This document shows, piece after piece, positions 1 through 13,436 of a DNA stretch of 64,000 bases. Location: the NCBI GenBank assembly GCA_030390025.1, contig CM059432.1, positions 72,294,001 through 72,358,000 on the forward strand, in the 5' to 3' direction. A model generated the notes under the pieces. The model had not been told where the DNA came from, made no database searches, and was given only the letters and a program-made list of their open reading frames with translations. Numbering within the stretch: position 1 is the first letter of the stretch; each line of letters begins with the position of its first letter. The DNA is from Squalus acanthias. Taxonomy: Eukaryota. The position numbers and the translations under genes were made by a program.

Positions 1-799
1 TTTGCGGCATCTCGCAGTCGGCCGCACACAGATGCATCACACAGGTCACCGATGCCTTCTTTGATAAGTCAGCCAATTATATCAACTTTGCCACTGATAA
101 GGCCAGTGTTACTGAGCGGGCGCTGGCCTTTGCCGCTCTGGCTGGCTTCCCACGGGTGCAGGGCGTCATCGACTGCACACATGTGGCCATCGGGGCACCC
201 CATCATCTCCCAGGAATCTTTGTCAACCGCAAGGGCTTCCACTCCCTCAGTGTACAGCTCGTCTGCAACCATAGTAAAATCATCATGCATGTGTGTGCTA
301 AATTCCCTGGCAGCTGCCATGACTCTTTCGTCATGCTCCAGTCCACCCTCCCTCAGCTCTTCGCTCCTCCAAGCAGACTTTCCGGCTGGCTGCTTGGAGG
401 CGAGGGCTAGCCACTGAAGATGTGGCTCATGACACCTTGAGGAGGCTAAGTACTGAGGCCAAGGACAGATATAATAGCCACATTTCCACCAGATGTGTCA
501 TAGAGCAGACAATAGGCATGCTGAAAATGTGCTTCAGATGCCTCGACAGATCTGGAGGAGCCCTTCAGTATGCACCAGCCAGGGTCTCCAGAATTGCCGT
601 GGTCTGCTGCGCCCTGCACAATATAGCACAGCAGCGAGGATTAGCACTGCATGAGGAGCAAGGCTCTGAGCAGACGGCCTCTTCAGAGGAGGAGGAGCAT
701 CTGCTGGAGGAGGAGCAGGAGCTGGAGAAACCGGTGGGCCAGATCCCACCAGCACCCGAGCACATTGCTGCCCAGGAGGCCAGGAATGGCCAGATTTAA
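1..799 (+). pseudogene. Harbinger (HARBI1-like) DDE transposase, disrupted
   Basis: ORF pieces 156-410 and 422-799 carry DCTH, LLGGEG* (GDxGY motif mutated and stopped) and IEQ motifs followed by an acidic tail; split by stop/frameshift. Confidence 0.88.
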
Positions 800-831
800 T
801 TAACTTCAGGCATTACACCTTCCTGCCCCTG

Positions 832-988
832 CTTACAAATTTCTCTTCCCTAACCTTTTCCGATTCTGACGATGGGTTTGACCTGAAACGTTGACATTGT
901 TTCTCTCTCCTCGATGTTGCCTGATCTGCTGAGTGTTTCCAGCATTTTCTGTTGTTATTTCAGATTTCCAGCATCCGCAGTATTTTGC
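832..988 (+). mobile_element. Penelope-like element terminal fragment with degenerate hammerhead motif
   Basis: CTGACGA..GAAACGTT (866-892) followed by TTTCTCTCTCC..GCCTGATCTGCTGAGTGTTTCCAGCATTTTCTG; same repeat as 12318-12660 in opposite orientation, where it is attached to a GIY-YIG C-terminus. Confidence 0.75.
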
Positions 989-989
989 T

Positions 990-2010
990 ATTGTGCTGGG
1001 TGTGCTTATGTCTGGTGACGGTGCGCCCTCAGAGGCTGGAGGCTCCTCTGAGGAGTCGTCTTCCTCTCCCTCCTGGACAGTGGTAGGGGGCTCTTGATGG
1101 ACCTGTGGGAAAGTAAAGCGATGAGTTAGATATGTCATATCAAGAATGGGTACAGATACCATTATGCACATAATGAACATTCACTGGCTGCTGCCATCAG
1201 TCCCCATATGAGTGACTGCTGTATGCCATGTGGTTGTATGAGATGTAAATCTGTCACCAGGTTGCTGAGATGACCCCCCTCTCTCCGTCTCCCACCTCCC
1301 AGCTGCTCTGTGACTCCTGACACTTCCAGAATGACCTCCTCTGCTGCTGTTAAGGTGGCCAATGATGGAGGACCACCTCCAGTTCTCTCCCTCTTATTGT
1401 GGGCTGTCTTCTCCTGCAAGGAGGGAGAGAAGAGAAGGTTGAGTGAGAGTGATGCAATGAGTGTAAGGAATGGATGGGTTACATCTTTAGAGGGTGACTA
1501 TGATGGAGTGGGGTGGCAATGTGAAGTGGCCTCCTTGTGTGCTGTTAGTATGATTGCATGAGGGTGAGTGAGGGGTGGTTAGTCAGATGGGGATGTGATG
1601 ATGTAGATAGAGAGAGAGGGATGGGTGGACGTGCAAGGTATGTTGGTGTGAGTAATGATGTGCCGGAGTAGGGTTGGGAAGGCAGAGTGATGGGGATGTG
1701 ATGAGGGGCACAGCAGGATGAAGTTGAGTGTGGCTTTGCACTCACCTTTCCTGATCTAATGAGATCATTGAAACGTTTGCGGCAGTGCACCCAGGTCCTC
1801 CTCACAACATCCCTGCTGTTGACTTCCTCTGCTATTTGGAGCCAGGCTCCTTTGGTTTCCTGGCGAGGTCTCTTCCGCCCATCGGAAGGGAAGAGGACCT
1901 CCCTGCGTGCTCTCGCTCCCTCCACAAGCATATGGAGGGAGTTATCTGAGAACCTGGGTGCAGCCCTCTGTCTCTGTGCAGTCTGTTTGCTAGACTTTCC
2001 AGCAGTCCAA
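990..2010 (-). pseudogene. Harbinger Myb/SANT DNA-binding protein gene, three exons (approx. 2010-1746, 1413-1258, 1102-990), truncated
   Basis: Exon 1 ends GGAAAG|GTGAGT, exon 2 starts TTGCAG|GAG (EKTAHNKRERTGGGPP) and ends CCTG|GTGAC, exon 3 starts CCACAG|GT. Same intron positions as the copy at 24871-26740. Start codon not resolved. Confidence 0.8.
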
Positions 2011-2289
2011 TGGTGCAGTGCAGTGCCGTGCCTGCACAATCCTAGATGAACCTTCAAATGCAATGTGGCCAAGGCTCCTTTAAATATCCCGGCTGAAAAC
2101 GCGTCATCGATGACTTCATCAGACCCACACCATTTAATAGGGCCGGGTAATGCGCAGGACTGCCTTACTAGGTGCCATTAAGGGAAAGTTGATCTTGGGA
2201 GCGGGATGAAATGAAGAATGGGGTCGCGACCTACCACAGCGACTGCCCGCACCCATCCCACCCAAGTACAGAAAATTCCAGCCTTTAAG

Positions 2290-2685
2290 TTTAAAAGCCT
2301 CTATTTAAATCTCCTCTTAGTCTTTTATGGAAATGGTCCCAGTATCTCCAGTCTTTGTCATAATTATAGTTTCCCATCCCCGGCATCATCCTGGTAAATA
2401 CTTGTCATGTGCTGTCCAAGGCTTTAATGCCCTTTCTGTAATAGGGTGCTCAAAACTGCTCCCAGTACTCTTAACTGTGGCCCAACCATTGCCTTGTATA
2501 ACTTTCTCATTACCTCTTTGCTGTTGTACTTGATGCCCCTATTTATAAAACCCAAAACAACCTGCACTCCTACTTTCAGGGAATTGTGTATTTGAATCTT
2601 TAGGTCGTTCTGTTCTTCCACACCCTTCTGTGTTTTTCCTCCCAAAACGTATTATCTCTCACTTACCCATATTAAATTGCTGTAG
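2290..2685 (-). mobile_element. Old CR1 LINE ORF2 fragment
   Basis: Translation LGFINRGIKYNSKEVMRKLYKAMVGPQL matches the post-RT region of the CR1 copies in this window. Confidence 0.7.
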
Positions 2686-3409
2686 AATGTTAAGAAGGAG
2701 GAGGAGATAATAGCGCCTATTCCTAAATTTGACCCTATCCGAGCCACGCCCACCAAGTGCACATATTGGAAATTTGCAGATGAAATCCTCACAATTTTTC
2801 ACCCATTCCTTTTAATTTCCCAATATGCACTCCTGACAGGCAAGGCTCCACACTGGGAGCAAGCATTCAAAAACAGTTTCTGGAGGCTAAAGACAGACTG
2901 GAGGGGGAGTTGAAGTGACCCCTCATCACTGATTCCCCAACCAAAGGAAATAGGTGAAGATAATGTGAAGCTGACACAGTCTCTCTCAGGAAATTCTGGC
3001 CAAGCTGTGGCTGCACAGGACTGAGGACCAGGAGAGCTACAATGTAGATTGAGCTGATGCTGTTAGGAGGTTCAGAGAATGCATGTAACGTAGGAATGCT
3101 TCCCATCTAGGGTTTTTGGTGATTTCCACCTTCAATGTTAGTCTTTTATGTATGGACCCAGTGAGCTCCAGGGTTTCTCCATTGGCCTAGAGTAGCAACA
3201 TTCTTGTAATCTAAAGGATGAAAAAGATATTTGTATGGCAGTTTACAGGCTTCCTTTGAATTATGAAGACCAATAAAACAACCCTGTCTTCTGATGAAAT
3301 TCCAAACATCGTCCAGGTATATCTGCCAGCTGAGGTGCACTAGATTATGGTCCATAAAAGGAATAAGGCAATTGCCAACTTGCTTCCTGAATGATTCACT
3401 GAGTTTTTC

Positions 3410-3700
3410 CAGTGAGTTGCTGAGTCAGAGACCAAAACATCACAGGTTTGATCCACAGTCTGTGCTGTGTTAGCATATCCCAACTGGAGTGACAGTAAAG
3501 ACTGTATGATTACTTTGGCGCTCCTGGATTAGGGAGAAGGAAATATGTGTGGGCATTGGGTGACAATAAGATCAGGCTTTGCTGTAATGACTCCTTCCCC
3601 TGAGGTGGAACAGCTTGCCAACACTCTGTCTAGGCTTACATGAGAATTGTAGTATTATTAGATGACATCAGCAAGGAATCAACACCTTTAGAAAAGGAGT
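3410..3700 (+). mobile_element. Old SINE-like repeat (related copy on - at about 6915-7085)
   Basis: B-box-like GGTTTGATCC followed by AGTCTGTGCTGTGTTAGC; diverged inverse-orientation similarity to 6915-7085. Family not identified. Confidence 0.4.
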
Positions 3701-6700
3701 AGAGATTTAAAAAGAGCTATTGCCCAATATTACAGTGGAATGAGATCGCTGCCTCTGTATTTTGGGGTTATTGAGAAGGTTCTCCTAAACCATCTCAAAA
3801 TTGGAGCAGATAATGTGTTTGCTCCAACTGAATTGGATGAAATTGTTAACTGCCTGGATCCCCTTTTTCCATTTTTATATGGGACATATCTTGTGGTGGG
3901 TTTTCAGCTGCATGCCCAATAGATTATACTTGGGATGGTTCTATTCTACCAACATCCTCATGCATGCCAACTTCGCAAACTTGCAAAAGCTGACATAGTT
4001 TCAAAAAGCTGATAATTCAAAAAACAAAATCGACAATTGAAAACAGCTCTGAATATAATATAGTCCTATATGACGAAGACCACTTTTTTTTAAGGTGACT
4101 AAATAAATTTAGTTGCATGGCATCGCATTCTGAAATTCAGTTTGTCTCTGTGAAACCCAGTGGCTTTACCTATGCTATGTGGGGAAAAAAGTAGTTATAC
4201 TGAGAATGCAGATTGTAATTTAAGTTGCACGTATACCCAATTTTCCATCAGTCAAATTATAGGAGATGGGGGGGGAAGCACACGCAAGTCTTGTTTCCCA
4301 TCAATGGAGCTTGGATCTGGACGCATCCTGGATAAAATCCAAGATTTGGCCATGTATTCCCATAGCTTCCAGCTTTTTGAGGGCTACAAGAGGCACTAGA
4401 ATGAAAGGTGGATGGAAAGCAATGCAAGTAGTTTTTCCCTGAGCCTTAGAACACTCTCCAATCTTGTATAATGCCACAGCCTGTTCTATATGTTCCTCAC
4501 GAGAGTGAAATCCAGCCTTTCCCTTTCTGCTTACTCCGTGAGCCTCCAGAGCATCTGATATGCATGTTGTGACAACCCGATTCATGGTAGTATTTGGGCT
4601 CAATAGGATCTTCCTTCTTGTGGATAGAAACCACATTTGCACTCTGGAACTCTGAGGGTATATGTACCTCAAACAGACACTCCTATTCAAAGGCAGCTAA
4701 AAAGATGTTCTACATGATTGCCATTCTATCCCCAACCCACCTAGAACAGCAGTCAAATGCTGGCGGTTGATATGTGTCACCTCTCTGTACACTTTACATT
4801 AGCCCCCACTGCATATCCCTCCTTGATACATTTTTACATCACTTAGACTCTCAAGTACAATGGATATGATCAATCTCTGAAGTATAACTTCTCCCTGAGG
4901 GCTTGAAGTGGTTGGGCATCATTGGGTGTTATTTCATCAAAAGCCAGTATGGAAACCACCTGATTGGGCTGCTGTGCAGTGTACAAGTTCTATACGTACA
5001 CAGATGATATCCCTGCAGCACTCCGGGCAGCAGCCAGACAGCACAGCCCACATTCGCTTTAGTTAGCAATATTGACGCAATGTGAGAAGAGCTGACTGTC
5101 GATGTGAAAAATGGACTGGTGACATGTACTGTCGGTATTTCCATTTTTGTCAATACCTCTATTTTCCCCACTCAAGCTTCTTTTTGATTTATATCCATGC
5201 CTGTAAAATAAAGAAATGTGCAGTTGCCTTAGAAAAGATGGAGTTAAATGTATTTTACCTTTCAACATTGGCCCACAGGACAAATTCCAATGAATATCAG
5301 GTTAAAGTAAGGGGAGAACTTGGGCATACTGAAGATGTGAGAGGCATTTCTTTTTAAATTGGCTATTTGAAATAACAGGAAGTAACATCTTAAAACAGCG
5401 TATCTGCCAGTAGCTCCTAGTGCTTTGATCACTTCTGATTCCTTCCTTGAAAAGCCATTGTGGGACCCACATTGCATGATACTTCCTGAGATCAGGTGGC
5501 AGATGGATTACTGCTGAAGGTATTATCAAAGCATCCACCAAATTCAACATTTTCCTCATACAAGTTCTGAATGTAAATATTCATTCATATCTTCATTGCC
5601 CAGCATATTTTAGGATTTGTGGCAGCTTTGTTTTCTCCCTTGGCTACAGCCTTTGTACGAGCCCTGGCATGCACATGCACAGAAGAGAAGTGCGGGAGAG
5701 AAGTGCAGGCCATTCTGGGCATTGTTAGAAGAGAAGCCAAGCAGCATGAGGCACACATCAATGCGCAACACAGAACAGAATAACAGGATATTCTGGGGTG
5801 ATCATAGAACATGGAGTGCTGATTTCTGTCAGAAAGAGTTGACACAACTGTGAGAACGCTGACTGTCAGTGTCAAACATTGACAGTTGGCATGCATGAAT
5901 CTTGTTTTATCCATAACTGAGATGTAGGGTTTTTTGAGATACTTACTATTTTTCCATTTTTTTCTGTTCATTTTGTTTAATACATGGCAGACACTCAACT
6001 AATATTGATTTTTTTTTTTAATTGATAAGTTTACAGTTATGTCGGGTTTTTGTGTATACAGTCTTACAGTGCATTTGTATGTTGTATTGCAGCATTTTTG
6101 AAAATGAGATTTTGGAAAATCTCCCAAAAAAAGGTTTGAACCTAGCCCCTTAGAGAACTAACATTTTGCACCAAATGAGCACCAGCTCCCTCAGCTGACA
6201 GCAGCATGCTGCTGCTCTTTAGAGATTGGCATTCTTGCACCTTGCTGCGTAGATCAGCTGAACAGTAGTCACTGCCTCTATGGGAATGTTATGCAGGGCT
6301 CAAATAATATTTGTGCTCACAGGTAAGAGGTTATTTTTGGGTTGAGGTGGAGGAGCAGACTGTTTTGCATTTCTCTCTCCTCTGCCCCTCCATCCCTGAA
6401 CTACAGTCTTTTTATATGATAGGTAAGGCCTTTGTAGTATGTACTGAGCTCACAAGCAGAAAATGTGGGAAATGCACTGGCGAACTGGGCTCTTGATCTG
6501 TGAGCTGCTACACAGCCTTGTGGGCACAGAAGAAGCTAAAGTGCAAGGAAAACTGTGTAAAATTCTGAGTATAAGTTTTACCTGTTTAAAGGCATATTGT
6601 AGCACAAAATTAAAATATCTAACTGTAAAAATTAAGAAGCATATATTTTCTGTATTTGGGGAGAAAAGGCTTAATTGTGGCATATTTATTGGCAGATTTT

Positions 6701-7340
6701 AATGATACCCAAGCACTATTTTCCTGTGGGTAATGTTATAAAACATTTTTTTTTCTATTGGCTTAGTGTGACACAGATGTAATAATGCTGCTTGAATGCT
6801 TCTCAAGCACTAAGTAGCCACTTAACTTGTATAACTGACAAAAAGATTCAGTATTCCAGGTTGAGAATGTGCTAATGTAGTCATGTAGGGCCCAAATCTA
6901 CAAACTCAACTAAACCAAGTTGACACTGCCCTTATCCCAACTTGAAATGTACACACTTGCAGCAAATGTTACTGGATCATTCATGATGAGAAATGGGAAT
7001 CGAGGTTCTTTTCCGCTCTCTATCCCAGGGTCACTACAGTCCATCATAATGGCCTATTGTTACCTTGGCTGAGATGGGCCTAAGTTCCTTGCAGAAAGAG
7101 CAATTAATATTGCATTGGTATAAAATGTTGATGCTACGCTGGCATATATGACTAGGAAATTCTTTTAAAATGACACAGTTGATTTAAGACAGCACAGAAT
7201 TAGTAATGCAACTTTTAATATGCCTGCCTCCTGTTTATTTGTTGCATTCCATACCAGCCATCTACTGCAAACTATGCACTTGTTTTGTTTTGTTGCTGTA
7301 GACTTGCTTTGATGTCACCCAGTCATATTAACACATAGTT

Positions 7341-7358
7341 GGTTATTCTGTGTTTCAG
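7341..7358 (+). promoter_or_regulatory. Probable splice acceptor of the FAM110B terminal coding exon (exon would start at 7359)
   Basis: TTATTCTGTGTTTCAG|AT about 290 nt upstream of the ATG; FAM110B in other vertebrates has its whole CDS in the last exon after non-coding exons. Confidence 0.6.
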
Positions 7359-7581
7359 ATCACTGCCTGGAGTTGTGCATAAAAGAACAGACCAGTCTCC
7401 CAAGTCTCTTAGTCAGCATTAAAAAAAAGAATCAGCAGAGCAGATTACTACAGACTTGTGTTGTACAAAGGCTGGCTTTAAAGAGAACATAGCGGTATTT
7501 AATGAGCTATGCGATGAGGCCCTGCTGGTGATACTTGCAGCATAAGACTCTTCCTCTCTTCAGTCTGCTTGATATACATGA

Positions 7582-8763
<1,182 letters not shown>

Positions 8764-10930
8764 GGAAAGGACACAAATTCTGGTTGATTCAGATATCTTT
8801 TGTATTTTTATTTTGTCTGTGAATCTTTTAGTTGTGAAGAGTTGTGAAGTCTACTGGGATATTTCTTGCAAATCTCAATTCCACTATGTTGCTAGCTGTA
8901 TGTTCTCTCATTGCATGCTTATCGACTTGAGCTCCGAATTAGCCTCTTACTTCAGAACATATGAAGACACAGACATGGATGTTTCAACTGTATTAGATAT
9001 ATACATATGTATCGACCAACAAAAGCACGAGGTACTATGTACACATTTTATCGTACATTTCCAACAATCATATGAGGACAAATGGCCTTTATCGTTGCAG
9101 ATCCTCTATTCATAAATAAATGTAATCAGGGCAAAGAAAAATCATTTCATCTGTCTGAAACATTGCGATGGCAGTCATGAGTAGCTCACCTCGGTCTGGA
9201 AACGCATGTTGCAGTCCGTGTAACCTCTAATAGCAGTGAGTTGTCTATAATGTTTCTCATGAAGCTGTCCAGTTTAATGCATCAGCACGATACAGCTCTG
9301 ACAATCCATGTCTTCCAAAGCTGCTTCAACTGCCATTCTAACTGTCTGCTGTAATGTGGTGCTGAGAAGTGAAAAGTACAGCGGGTGACCTCATTAAATA
9401 GTTCATTGTTGCTTTTTAATATACTGCAGTGCTGCACTTCATTTCATAAAAAGACTGGTGCCTCAGCTGATGTGGAAACCAGATTTTTTTTTTGTATTAT
9501 AAATGCTGTAAGGGTTTGTAAATAATTTAAAGCTGTTATCAGATCTGTAAAGAAGAGTCTGTTACACTAATAAATAGTTTCCAGTTCATTCGTCACCTTT
9601 CTTGATTTTAGCTTTTTTCATTCATAATGCCAGTGTTGCTTTAGTTTTAAAGTGAACATTTCAAAAGAGTTTACAATATTGTGACATTTTTTACCCTTAT
9701 TGTGGCTTCATGGAGTGATTTAATACACTGCAGGCAAACATGCAATGATGGCCTTAGTTATTTAGCAAAATGTCACAAATTGATTACTTGGTATTCAAAC
9801 CCTAGCTCTTAATAATGATACTCACCACTGTAATAATATTTCTTTAAAGGCTATAGTCAGATTCAAAAAAGTGTTGCATTGTAATACTTTAAACCTGCAG
9901 AATAGTCCTATTTAACTGTGAAAACATAATGCTAATTTGCAGCTGTACTCTCATTGGTCAGGCTGTGTAGGCACAGGGGTAGCAACCTTCGTTGAACATA
10001 TTATTCGTTGTATTTTTTGAAAATTATATCTTTTAGGCATCACCATGTACTTTTTTTTTTAAGTAAAAAGACTTCACAAATCCTGTACATGGGATGGGTT
10101 ATCTCTCCTGTGCATGTTGCTGCACTTGCAATCAACTAAAGTCTGATAAGCTACTTCAAAATCCATATCTGTGTTTATTAGAGCTGCAGTAAATTACAAA
10201 GCAGTGATACATGAAGCATAATGAGACTGAAGGGAGCAACATCTGTCTTGTTTGTACTAGATGCATAAATTAAACAGTGAATGCTAGAAATCTGAAGTAA
10301 AAACCAAAATTGCAGGAAATACACGGAAGGTGGTTAGGCAGCAGCTGAAGGAGAAAGACTGTGAACATTTCTGGAAACCTGATCAATCTTGTCTCACATG
10401 AAGCATTCATTATATTTTTCTTTCAGACATTAATATTTCAGTTGGGAACCTTTGACAGTTCTACAGAAACATTAACCCAACTTCCTCTTTCAGCTGCTGA
10501 CTGGCCACCTATTGTGCATTTTCTGTTTCTATTGTAGTGTTTTCATTGTGCTATTGTACAAAATAAGTGAATGATTAGATTGCCAATGGTTTTTTTTCTT
10601 TTGGTTGGTAGACCTTGTAACTTTTTGGCTTCTGTATTTGTCATAAAATATAATATCCAAACACTTTTCACTTCATATTTGAACCCTGTGGTAACGCAAA
10701 GGCTAATGGACATTTACCTGTGCACTATTTTTCTGTATTTGCATTGTATCCTCTTCATGTACTGTCTTGTTCAATAAGCACAATTAAGTTTGTGGAATTT
10801 GGGACTGATGCTACTGATCACATCTCTAAACAACTATGGAAAAACAAATTGATGACTAACAATTGTAAGCTCTTGGTGCTTTCTTTTTGCTAATTTTTAA
10901 TAATAAAAAAGTGAATGTGTTTCTGCACTC
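8764..10930 (+). other. Probable FAM110B 3' UTR
   Basis: AT-rich, nearly repeat-free stretch after the stop; AATAAA at about 9115, 9569 and 10902. Confidence 0.55.
10902..10907 (+). terminator. Candidate distal polyadenylation signal of FAM110B
   Basis: AATAAA preceded by U-rich sequence and TGTA elements; no transcript evidence available. Confidence 0.5.
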
Positions 10931-12317
10931 TAGGCTGAAAGTAACTATGATTTCAGTATAGCTAGCAGTAATAATACCAGGTAATAACAAGCAAGGTTTC
11001 ACCTTTTCATTTGGTGCTGCCACATTTACTTGTATGTCTAGTAGCACAGAATTTACCTCAGCTGCTACTTCAGTAGAAAACAAACAGTGACTGTGATTCT
11101 GGCACTAATGTGTTTGACTGCTGGCAAAGTGCAATATTTTCTCCTCTGGCTGCATGCAGTGTAAATGAGATATGCATGATCATTCAGTCGCATTTGTATT
11201 TTTGTTTTGTTTGATCAGGTGTAATGCCCATGCGGTGAGATTATTTCCTTTTAGTTTTTGATTTGTAAAGTGCCTCATTCCTTTAAATTACATTTGCAGA
11301 AATAAGTCTAACTTCTGCATTGCATTTCCTCTGCCATTTGGATTGGCTGCAAGCAACAAGGGGGAATACAATGGGTTGCAAATAGCAGTTTATAAAGAAT
11401 TAGACCTGAAAATAAGTAGACCCTGCAAATTAGTACCAGGATCTAGTAAAACAACAGCAGCATTTTGGTTGATATATTCTGACTAAAGTAGCTAAATACC
11501 CCTTGTTTTGGGAAAAGTAGTGTGTACCAAGTTTGAATGCAAGTCATGCAGTAATTTACAGTTAGCCTCCACTTATACTTGGGAGACTCGTTGTTATTTT
11601 GTTTCTGATGTATAAATAATGGACATCTTTGACTGGGAGCTATTGAAATCCTGAGTACATGTAATAATTCTGACATATAACCTTGACATCATACAGCTTC
11701 TTTATCTTATGGCTTACTCTTTAGCTTAAGTTGCTATTTATTCTTGGTCAATAAATTGATACAATACAGCTGCTCTTCATAACTGACCTTAAATTTTTAA
11801 TCTCAAAGCTGAGAGAAAAACAGAAAATAAAATTTTGTGACTATGAAAAAGCAGTTAACGTAATAGATTTAGACAGTAATTGTATTTGGTGTTTGAACAA
11901 ACTGTTGGATAAACGTGGTAAGAAATGACTCAAAATTGGTATTAATTTACTTGACTGGCTTTTACATATTAAAGAGAGAATGCCTGCTCAAATGCTCTTT
12001 GAATATGTTCAGAAGAGCAAATAACTCCATGTACTTAAATAAACTTATAATAACATTTGTGCTAACAAGCACGATGGAGGATGACAGAGTTAAATGATAA
12101 ATCACTGAAAAGGCATTGTCACAAATCACACAGGCCATGCGTGCCTCCGAGAATTAGAAAGGAGGAAGGCCATCTAGTATGGCTGTATTATAATAGGCAA
12201 CAGTAATGGCAGCGTGTGTTGGAATAAAAAGTTGCAGAATCTATTTTAATTTTTGTAATTCATTAAATCTCTTCCTTTTTCAGTACCCACAGGACTAAAT
12301 CCAGTCTCCTTTCCCTT

Positions 12318-13052
12318 TAATAACAGAAAATGCTGGAAACACTCAGTAGGTCAGGCAGCATTGAGGAGAGAGAAACAGAGTCAACGTTTCGAGTCGGGGA
12401 CCCTTTGTCAGAACTGGAAATGGTTAAAGAATAGAGATTTTTAGGCAGGGGCAGGGAGGAGGGGAGGAAAGAACAAAGGGAAGGTCTGTGATAGGATGGA
12501 AGGCAGGAGAGATTGACTGACAAAAGGGATGATGGTGCAAGGCAAAGGAGAGGTAATGGGATGGCAAAATACTGCGGATGCTGGAAAAACTCAGCATCCG
12601 TGGAGAGAGAAACAGAGTTAACGTTTCAGGTCGAAGACCTTTCGTCAGAACTGGGAAAAAAGCAGGAAATGAAATAGATTTTAAATCAAGTTTAGGGCTG
12701 GGAAAATGGGGACGGGATGAAAGAACAAAAGGGAAGGTCAGTGATCGGATAGAAAGCAGGAGAGATTGAGACATTGAGATATTCAAGGCAAGAGGAGGTG
12801 GAAATGGGACAGGTTGAGGAACAAAGGATGGCTCTAGATGAAGTGTGAATTGCGCTGGCAGAATGAAGGACAGCTGCCATGTGGGAGGGAAGAAAAAAAG
12901 GCCAAACAAAAGTGTGGATAAAAAAAATAAAATAAAAATATATATATATTTGATAGGGGCCGGGGTTATGATCTGAAATTGTTGAACTCTATGTTGAGTC
13001 CAGAAGGCTGTAAAGTGCCTAATCGAAAGATGAGGTGCTGTTCCTCGAGCTT
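12318..13052 (-). mobile_element. Penelope-like retroelement 3' end with tandemly repeated terminus
   Basis: Minus-strand KLEEQHLIFRLGTLQPSGLNIEFNNFRS* (13052-12966) is a typical GIY-YIG C-terminus; terminal unit present twice (about 12318-12560 and 12565-12780). Confidence 0.85.
12613..12654 (-). ncRNA. Minimal type I hammerhead ribozyme motif in the Penelope terminus
   Basis: Minus strand reads CCAGTT-CTGACGA-A-AGGTC-TTC-GACCT-GAAA-C-GTT-AACT: both conserved core boxes, a 5-bp stem II, stem I AGTT/AACT and a palindromic ACGT stem III. Confidence 0.75.
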
Positions 13053-13327
13053 AAGGATAAGGGGTAAGCCATTTAGGACTGAAATGAGGAGGAATTTCTT
13101 CACCCAGAGAGTGGTGAACCTGTGGAATTCTCTACCACAGAAGGCAGTAGAGGCCAATTCATTAAATATATTCAAGAAGGAGTTAGATATATTTTTTAAA
13201 GCTAAAGGGATCAAGGGATATGGCGAGAAGGCAGGGACAGGGTACTGAATTTGGATGATCAGCCATGATCGCATTGAATGGCGGAGCAGGCTAGAGGGGC
13301 CGAATGGCCTACTCCTAGCTTCTATGT
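13051..13327 (+). mobile_element. CR1 LINE 3' end fragment
   Basis: RIRGKPFRTEMRRNFFTQRVVNLWNSLPQ..GTGY* plus 3' UTR, nearly identical to 35405-35685. Confidence 0.9.
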
Positions 13328-13436
13328 TGCAGTTACTATTTCCAATTGTTCTACTCACGGAAGTTATTTGCCCCACTAAACTAAATCTAGAAATGCTTCC
13401 CCCCCGCCCCTCCCCCTTTTGGAATAGAACATTTTT

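Larger units (their letters stand above)
1..2283. mobile_element. PIF/Harbinger DNA transposon (decayed, runs off the left edge): convergent transposase (+) and Myb/SANT gene (-)
   Basis: Transposase motifs [32 protein letters not shown] on +. Myb/SANT motif WLQIAEEV..RTWVHCRKRFNDL on -. Terminal GAAAATTCCAGCC (2271-2283) is the reverse complement of the GGCTGGA(A)TTTTC end seen at 24605 and 20515. Confidence 0.9.

Noticed and set aside
10445..10480. Sense-strand hammerhead in the FAM110B 3' UTR
   Set aside because: Only GAAACATTAAC remains; the CUGANGA box and stem II are lost.
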